Of a stretch of 41,071 nt of DNA, positions 34,892 to 41,071 are shown piece by piece. The notes below the pieces were generated by a model. It was given only the letters and a program-made list of their open reading frames with translations. It did not search any database and was not told where the DNA came from. Positions within the stretch are counted from its first letter, which is position 1. Each line of letters begins with the position of its first letter. This DNA comes from a virus. Lineage: Duplodnaviria > Caudoviricetes. Location of the stretch: the IMG/VR virus record IMGVR_UViG_3300033481_000003, positions 1 to 41,071 of that record; one strand, written 5' to 3'. Made by a program: the position numbers and the translations under genes.

Positions 34892-36580
34892 CTAAATACC
34901 TGCTGTGATGTATGCGTGCCATGTTGCTCCAGCGTCTTTAGTAAAAAATGCGATTCTGTATGTCTTACCTGCAATCAATGTTGGGGCTGTTCCCAACTGC
35001 CAAGTAGTGTTTGACATCCACGTCATTGCGGCCGCATTTGTATATTTCAACTCTATAAACAAATCGCATCGCTTTGGAATGTTTGTCAAGCTGAAGCTTT
35101 TACCGTTTGCGTCAGTTGTTTCAATCGCCAAGTTAACAATGGACCTGTTGTTGATATTTAGATTGTATACATTTGAGCTCGCTGTAACCTCGTCATATGG
35201 TGTATAGTATGAAAGTTTATACCCTGCATTTACTGCACTTGTGCCAGTAGCAACATTGGAATCCTTTTCCACGAAATACGTTGCCAGTCCAGAGTAAAAC
35301 TCTTGTGCAAAGTCAATGATACCTTTTACCACTATACTGTTTTCATAAACATCAACAACATATGCATAGGATTTCGCTGTGTCAGTATAGACATTTGATC
35401 CATCGTAGTATTTTGGATTCGTAAGTGATGGAACATGTAGCATGTATGCACCATCTGTATTTCTATAGATGTTTGCATTTGTTTGATAGTTTTGCAATTC
35501 AAAATCAAAATGAGATACACCACAAAACATTATCACGTTGTCGTAATCTGCAAGCAATGCCCTAAATGCAACCTCTTGCGTGTTACCTACAGTTAAAAAC
35601 TCATTGTCTAAACTTCCACTAGGTGTATAGTTGCCACAAGTATTATATAGATAAGGGTGAGTTATCAAAAACACTCTGTTGCTTGCATAGGTTGTAAGCT
35701 GTGTTTCTAGCCATGTTAAGGCCGTAGTTGTAAATGGTGCAGTGATATCATAGTCATAAGCCCCAAAGTATATAAACACGTCATCGCCTACAATCTGCGT
35801 AAAATACTGGTTACCACCTGTATACAAATGATGTCTTGCCTTGTTTAATGTGCTTGTTGTTGCGTCGTGAAACCCTGCCGATTCGTAAACGTCAATGTCT
35901 ACATCGTCAATATATCCGTTGTATAGAACATACTCTGCACTAGTTCCATTAACGGTAACATCTCCACAAACAGATACAAAATCACAACCATAGTCTTTGA
36001 AGAAGTTCAATGCTGTTGGAATCTTTGTCGATGGGCTTCCTGTGTTTGCAGATGCTACACCCAAATCTGACATAACACCAAAAGAATAAAGCTTTTCGCC
36101 GAACGTATGCTTTGTGAACTGCTTTTCTCTAGGAATATCCATGTAGTCATACAAATCCTCACCCTTATAAACTAAAACCCTTGTTGCGTTTGGTGGTATC
36201 ATGGTGTATTTTCTAACTGCAAAACTCCATTCACTTGTAGAGTTAACCGTTTCGATATACCCAAAATACTCCCAACTTGAAACATTGTTGTTATCGGCCC
36301 AGTAAAAATAGTAATCTCCATAATCTGCTGAACTGATAGGCTTGATGTATATTGTACCCTCTGCATGTGCACCAACATCGTCAGTAAATGTATAGCCTGT
36401 GATGTTACGTGCTCCTAACTTTTTAATGTTGTAGTCAGTTGCAACTTTTTGAGCTACTCCGTCAATGTCTTGCTGTACTTTTTCCAACTTATATTGTAAC
36501 TCTGTGCTTAGCTGTGATACTTTCCCTGTTACATAGTCAGTTATCTTTTTGGATAATGCGATATACTCGTCTTTTTTCAT
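34892..36580 (-). CDS. Calcineurin-like metallophosphoesterase-fold protein (degenerate motifs) with C-terminal fibre-like domain
   Basis: SDLG, CGDVT, AGFHD, THP, CGVSH in the order of the five MPE motifs; W..G.APTL..GK...F.T.D.G.TW C-terminus. Confidence 0.75.
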   Translation of the reverse strand: MKKDEYIALSKKITDYVTGKVSQLSTELQYKLEKVQQDIDGVAQKVATDYNIKKLGARNITGYTFTDDVGAHAEGTIYIKPISSADYGDYYFYWADNNNVSSWEYFGYIETVNSTSEWSFAVRKYTMIPPNATRVLVYKGEDLYDYMDIPREKQFTKHTFGEKLYSFGVMSDLGVASANTGSPSTKIPTALNFFKDYGCDFVSVCGDVTVNGTSAEYVLYNGYIDDVDIDVYESAGFHDATTSTLNKARHHLYTGGNQYFTQIVGDDVFIYFGAYDYDITAPFTTTALTWLETQLTTYASNRVFLITHPYLYNTCGNYTPSGSLDNEFLTVGNTQEVAFRALLADYDNVIMFCGVSHFDFELQNYQTNANIYRNTDGAYMLHVPSLTNPKYYDGSNVYTDTAKSYAYVVDVYENSIVVKGIIDFAQEFYSGLATYFVEKDSNVATGTSAVNAGYKLSYYTPYDEVTASSNVYNLNINNRSIVNLAIETTDANGKSFSLTNIPKRCDLFIELKYTNAAAMTWMSNTTWQLGTAPTLIAGKTYRIAFFTKDAGATWHAYITAGI

Positions 36581-36582
36581 GT

Positions 36583-39195
36583 TTACACCTCCAGTCCTAA
36601 ATATTCAAAATCTAATGTGTTTATTGTTCCCAAATATACACGTCTGAAAATATCCATCAATCTTTCGTTTCTTAATCTCTCGTCATTCATGTATGGATAT
36701 AACGCAAATGATAAAGACCAAGCAAGATCTAGGTAAACATGTAAGTTGTGGGAAATGTTATACCTCTCAAACATCTCCAAAGCATCTGCAACCCACTTAT
36801 CTCCACCGAATGTATAAACATCATAACTGTTCTTTCTAACTCCGTACTCGCCTACATACAAAGGCACGTTTCGTAAATCAGACGTTGTCTTGTACTGCTT
36901 TAAGAAGTAGTCAAACACGGTTTTGTCAAATGTGTAAACCTTGTCAGTGTAAATTTCGTCTGCACCGATAACAACTTTGAATTGTGTAGTTGCATCAATT
37001 CCACTAGCTTTCATTTTACACTCTATATTGTACTTATATCCGTCTGGAATCCATAAACGTTGTGAAAGTGTTTGTGACTCGTTGAAGTATGTCAATGTTG
37101 AGCTGTTGTTTGAAAATGCATTTGGGTCAAGCAACATATAACCTTGCGTGTCTGCTCCCATGTCAGTTGACATTGTGAATGTTCCAACTGATCCGTTATT
37201 GAACAACTGTGAGTATTGCATGTCTTCCACGAAAATACTTTTTATAAATACATCGTTTGAATCGTATAAGTTAATCTTAAAATCATCGATTCTAAGAACT
37301 TCCGTGCCTACTGCATAGTTAACGTAAAACAAAGGGTAAATCATAACGCAAGTGTCCACAGGTGTTTTTATTGATGTTGCAACTGTTACCCAACTTGTAT
37401 CATCTGACGACCCTGCTGCCCAAGTATTAGATTTTACTAATCTATCTGCAAACTCGTACATACTACCCCAACCACTAACATAGTATTCCTTTGGATATGC
37501 ATGGTGTTGTGATTTTGTATCACTCGCCTCATGTGTTACGGTCATTGGGTTGTACATGTGTGCCTCATACACATAGTTAGTGTCAGCAACTCCATTGTTC
37601 AATACTTCAACAAAGTTTCCGTAGCTGTTAAGTGTTGTGTATGTAGTACCGCCATTTTTAACAGCTATAACAGACTCTGAAAAGATAATGTGATTAGTAT
37701 CAACCTTTCTAATCTCTGTAACAATATCCTCTGTTAAATCTTCGTAAATCTGCATTGATGTTGCAATATCGGTATTCCATGTTATGTTAGGTTCGTTAAT
37801 AAGTCCATAACCAATAACAATGTCTTCATTTTTGCAGTATGTAGCAATCGCTTTCCACAAGTTAATCAATCGTGTTCTGGCATCTGCATCAACCCAAATT
37901 GTATCGTCGATATCGTCCACGCTCGCCCCTGGATAGATATGCATATTTAAAAGTAATTTAACATCGTATTTTCTGCATAAATCAATTTGGCTCTGTAAAA
38001 ACGTGAAGCCTGACTCTTTGTACTGGCTTGGAAGACCTTGGAATGTTGGGTCAACCACTGGACTTGTTGGACTTTCGAATATGTCATATCTCATGTACAA
38101 TCTTACACTATTAAACCCTGCATCAACCAATTCTCTAAATGTTGCGTCATCATGGTCCTCAACTCCGTTTACCATTCTTGCGATGTCAGAGTATGTATTA
38201 GATAAAACAACTGATGCATGGTTAAACAATCCCATTGATCGCATAACAAATGGTATGCCGTTTTTGTCTACAATTTCAGTTCCACTAGTACGCAAGAAAT
38301 TTTTGTCCTCAACTGACGTGTTTTTAGCTGTCCAGTACTTAGTGCCATAATCATAATCGGTTTTTGTTAGACACCTGTCTAGCTTAGATTTATTATCACA
38401 GTAAATCACGTTATCATGAAAGTCTTGCTGTCCAGTTACAAAGTTTTCGGTAATGTAGCTAGCTGTATAAGACTCTTGTGATAGTATCGTGTCAGTTAAG
38501 TCTAGTACTGCAATGTGACTAATATCATATACCAATGCGTTTGTGTTTGTGTTTATGATTGTCAACTGAACTGTTTCATCTGCTCTTGTGTGCGTGTACT
38601 TATACTGATAATTGCTAAAATCTGCGACGTTCGGCACGTTTGAACCACCAGCCAATAAAACCCAAGATGGATTGTATGCATTTAGTCTTAGCTGTAGTGC
38701 AGGAGATCCACTTACAATCCTGTAGTTAAACATCACGTAGTATGTGTGACCTTGCTTTAGATTTAAATAAAAAAAATAACTGTCGTTGCCTGTTGGAGAT
38801 AGGCAAGATATCCTTGTATATTCTTCCTCTACTGCTGAATCAAACTTGTTGTTAGTATATCCTTGGTTCCAAATAGAGTAAGGCATCCTTAAACGATAGT
38901 CCATAACCATATTTTCAAATGATCCGATTGTTACGCTGTCTGCATCCTGTCCATCTGTTCCGTCTGCACCTCGCACACGTAACCAGTCGTATGACGTGTA
39001 TGTTGTTGGTGCTGTTGCAGATGTTCCAACGTACGTACCCATGTAAACAGTTGATTCTGTTGGTTCGTCGTACATTTCTGAATCCTGTGTTGGCATAGCA
39101 TCTGCATATTTAAAATATACGTGTGCACCCTCTCCTATCAACTCAACCATGTCGTTAGTGTATTGTTTAGCCAAGGCTAATGTAATCATATCCAT
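36583..39195 (-). CDS. Glycoside hydrolase family 5 protein with carbohydrate-binding-like modules and fibre-type N-terminus
   Basis: GFNSVRL, LNMH, LINEP (acid/base), EAHMY, VGEYG (nucleophile); N-terminal KY....YMGTY....Y.W..+GxD collagen stub. Confidence 0.88.
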   Translation of the reverse strand: MDMITLALAKQYTNDMVELIGEGAHVYFKYADAMPTQDSEMYDEPTESTVYMGTYVGTSATAPTTYTSYDWLRVRGADGTDGQDADSVTIGSFENMVMDYRLRMPYSIWNQGYTNNKFDSAVEEEYTRISCLSPTGNDSYFFYLNLKQGHTYYVMFNYRIVSGSPALQLRLNAYNPSWVLLAGGSNVPNVADFSNYQYKYTHTRADETVQLTIINTNTNALVYDISHIAVLDLTDTILSQESYTASYITENFVTGQQDFHDNVIYCDNKSKLDRCLTKTDYDYGTKYWTAKNTSVEDKNFLRTSGTEIVDKNGIPFVMRSMGLFNHASVVLSNTYSDIARMVNGVEDHDDATFRELVDAGFNSVRLYMRYDIFESPTSPVVDPTFQGLPSQYKESGFTFLQSQIDLCRKYDVKLLLNMHIYPGASVDDIDDTIWVDADARTRLINLWKAIATYCKNEDIVIGYGLINEPNITWNTDIATSMQIYEDLTEDIVTEIRKVDTNHIIFSESVIAVKNGGTTYTTLNSYGNFVEVLNNGVADTNYVYEAHMYNPMTVTHEASDTKSQHHAYPKEYYVSGWGSMYEFADRLVKSNTWAAGSSDDTSWVTVATSIKTPVDTCVMIYPLFYVNYAVGTEVLRIDDFKINLYDSNDVFIKSIFVEDMQYSQLFNNGSVGTFTMSTDMGADTQGYMLLDPNAFSNNSSTLTYFNESQTLSQRLWIPDGYKYNIECKMKASGIDATTQFKVVIGADEIYTDKVYTFDKTVFDYFLKQYKTTSDLRNVPLYVGEYGVRKNSYDVYTFGGDKWVADALEMFERYNISHNLHVYLDLAWSLSFALYPYMNDERLRNERLMDIFRRVYLGTINTLDFEYLGLEV

Positions 39196-39212
39196 TTATA
39201 ACACACCCCCTT

Positions 39213-39443
39213 TTATAGTAAATTCCATGTTGTGTTTGACTTCCCATATACATAAATAACACCTGTGTCCATGACTAAAAGTGTTGAACCATTTTCAATA
39301 TATGGTGCAATGTTGTTGTGATATCCACTCGAAATATCGCTGTCATAACAGATGTACGACTTCATAAATCCATTCCAATCAATTGTTCCTGTATCTAAAT
39401 CAATAGGTACTGTAAGCCCTGCCACTGATTTCATATCTTCCAT
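39213..39443 (-). CDS. Small conserved phage protein
   Basis: NGST..VMDTG..Y.....W motif; GAGGT RBS. Confidence 0.75.
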   Translation of the reverse strand: MEDMKSVAGLTVPIDLDTGTIDWNGFMKSYICYDSDISSGYHNNIAPYIENGSTLLVMDTGVIYVYGKSNTTWNLL

Positions 39444-39456
39444 GTTTTACCTCTTT

Positions 39457-40863
39457 CTAGTACAGCATTTGCTGTGCTTGTTTTTCTTTTTCTTCCATCT
39501 CTCCAGTCAATGCCTTTGCATCTTCCTCGCTCATCTTTTCATACACTGTTAGGTAATACCAAAATGGGATTTTGCCAGTATTTGCATATGATAGCCACAT
39601 TGTCTTATCCTCTTGATAATTATATGTGATATCTCCAAAATGACATTGCAACTCTGTTTCACCTTGCTGTACACCTATTAGGTCTGCGTAAATATCCAAC
39701 GACTTTTTCAAATCATTCAGTGCTATCTCTAACTGATCTCTTATACTATCAATCAGTGTTATTGTTCGCCTGTCTGTAGACTCCACCTGTGTTGCAGTGA
39801 TCATGCTTGTTTTTTCATCTAGGACAAAATATCCATTTGAATAACCGCATTTAAAACCTAGCATTGATAAAATAAAATTGATATGCTTGATTCGTTCATC
39901 TGCCTGTAGTGTTGGTACAAACTCCTGTATATAATTATCTTCAACATTGTTTGACATGATCTTTTTCACGAACTTTGGAATGTACTGTGAGTCAATGAAT
40001 GCAGTTCGCTTGTTGTCTTTCATCGGCTTTTCGAATAGCATTCCGTCAGCAAATACAATCCTATCGCTGTCGATGATCTCTTTGATTATCTTGGTGTATG
40101 CGATGTCAAAGTCCATGATTTCGTTGCACGCATTCGAATACAATGATATACCTTGCTTGCTTTCGCTGTTAAGATTGTTTTCAAATGGCATGTCAAACAT
40201 TGCAAACAGGTTATCCTCAATAGGCTCACCGTTGTTCTTTGTTATCTCAACCATTGGCATAATATCTTTCCATGGCTTTACTACCGACAACTGTACCTCT
40301 TTTCCTACATCGTTCTTTGTATCTGACATATAAGCCTTGTTGGTTATCCTGTAGGTTTCAAACCGTTCGTGTTTTTCAATTCTAGTGTAGTAGTAGTCAT
40401 TTTCTTGATAAAACGAGAAGAACACTGCAACATTTACTTTCCCGTTATCATCATAAGACGTTATCATCATATTTTCATATGTAACCACATCGATTCCTGT
40501 TCCGTTCGGCTTAAATGCACAAGTTCCGATTGCGATAGGTAATTCAATCTTCTTGTTCAACTTTTCGATGAATGTGTCAAACATGCCTTGCAAATACTCT
40601 TGACGTTCACCAGTTCCATCAATGGTTACCTCGATTTCTTGCATTGTCAATCGTGCTGTTTCTTCTGTAACTGACTTTGCAAAATTAACACGTCTTGTCG
40701 CGTCACGATCGTTTTCCCATGGAGGCTTGTCGGAATAAATCGAGTACCAATAGTTGTAATTTTGTTCCATGTTTGTATCTGCTACATGCACGTTATAGAC
40801 GTCTTTCGCCTTATCTTTAAATACATTACTTAGTATCCCTCGAAAAAAGGATATTAAACCCAT
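39457..40863 (-). CDS. Portal protein, A118-like family
   Basis: Follows terL; N.AK....E.ARL, G.S...F......TATQV.S, FGD pattern. Confidence 0.9.
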   Translation of the reverse strand: MGLISFFRGILSNVFKDKAKDVYNVHVADTNMEQNYNYWYSIYSDKPPWENDRDATRRVNFAKSVTEETARLTMQEIEVTIDGTGERQEYLQGMFDTFIEKLNKKIELPIAIGTCAFKPNGTGIDVVTYENMMITSYDDNGKVNVAVFFSFYQENDYYYTRIEKHERFETYRITNKAYMSDTKNDVGKEVQLSVVKPWKDIMPMVEITKNNGEPIEDNLFAMFDMPFENNLNSESKQGISLYSNACNEIMDFDIAYTKIIKEIIDSDRIVFADGMLFEKPMKDNKRTAFIDSQYIPKFVKKIMSNNVEDNYIQEFVPTLQADERIKHINFILSMLGFKCGYSNGYFVLDEKTSMITATQVESTDRRTITLIDSIRDQLEIALNDLKKSLDIYADLIGVQQGETELQCHFGDITYNYQEDKTMWLSYANTGKIPFWYYLTVYEKMSEEDAKALTGEMEEKEKQAQQMLY

Positions 40864-40883
40864 CTTATCACCTCTTTCTTGTT

Positions 40884-41071
40884 TTATGCTGACTCACCAC
40901 GTCGTTTTGCTATGTGGCTTATTGCGTACCTCATAGCGTCAATGTAGTGGTTGTTTTTGTCTGGGTATGCTGACATCACGTTTCCATTGTCATCCACTTC
41001 ATGCTCGTACTCAATCATTTCCTTGTACAAACACGGTGTACGGTTAGGGTCGATTTGTATCTTTCTGCATT
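40884..41071 (-). CDS. terL: Terminase large subunit C-terminal end (...DKNNHYIDAMRYAISHIAKRRGESA*)
   Basis: DxxNHxIDAMRYA nuclease motif, TAA at 40886-40884, in frame with 1..1205. Confidence 0.92.
   Translation of the reverse strand, partial: CRKIQIDPNRTPCLYKEMIEYEHEVDDNGNVMSAYPDKNNHYIDAMRYAISHIAKRRGESA
40945..41071. repeat. 127-bp terminal direct repeat (copy 2)
   Basis: Identical to 1-127. Confidence 0.97.

Noticed and set aside
261-40333. Plus-strand ORFs in the track (e.g. 2026-2526, 22465-23118, 23677-24171)
   Set aside because: Antisense shadows of minus-strand genes, Phe/Ser/Ile-rich, with no RBS or motifs
40945-41071. Physical terminal repeat of the virion DNA
   Set aside because: Exactly 127 bp (a common assembler k-mer) and mid-terL; best explained as circular assembly overlap

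Overview
Complete, circularly assembled ~40.9 kb AT-rich siphovirus genome, probably infecting a clostridial/Lachnospiraceae-like Firmicute (inferred from gene families and sigma-A-type signals). Bases 1-127 repeat at 40945-41071 and split the terminase large subunit. Essentially all genes lie on the minus strand. Packaging and head genes are TerS, a PBSX-type TerL, an A118-type portal, minor head protein, scaffold and a P22-like major capsid. A ~7 kb enzyme/lectin block (GH5, degenerate metallophosphoesterase, LamG) is inserted between portal and minor head genes. Tail genes and a holin follow, then an early/middle region with an RHH regulator, replication initiator with iterons, DnaC-like loader, PAPS-reductase family protein, ERF, Gp157, SSB, a Gly-rich repeat protein, nucleases and an endolysin far from the holin. 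I found no integrase or CI-like repressor. The two most unusual signals are (1) at least six 'promoter - short non-coding stretch - terminator' units, three in tandem at 15640-16285, that look like small RNAs, including an anti-RBS RNA and one with a tRNA T-arm plus a C-rich anti-SD loop, and (2) a strongly promoted 4-TM membrane protein whose linker is encoded by a dense GAAAC/palindrome DNA array and which ends in a putative DNA-binding domain. All family assignments are from motif recognition by eye; no searches were run.
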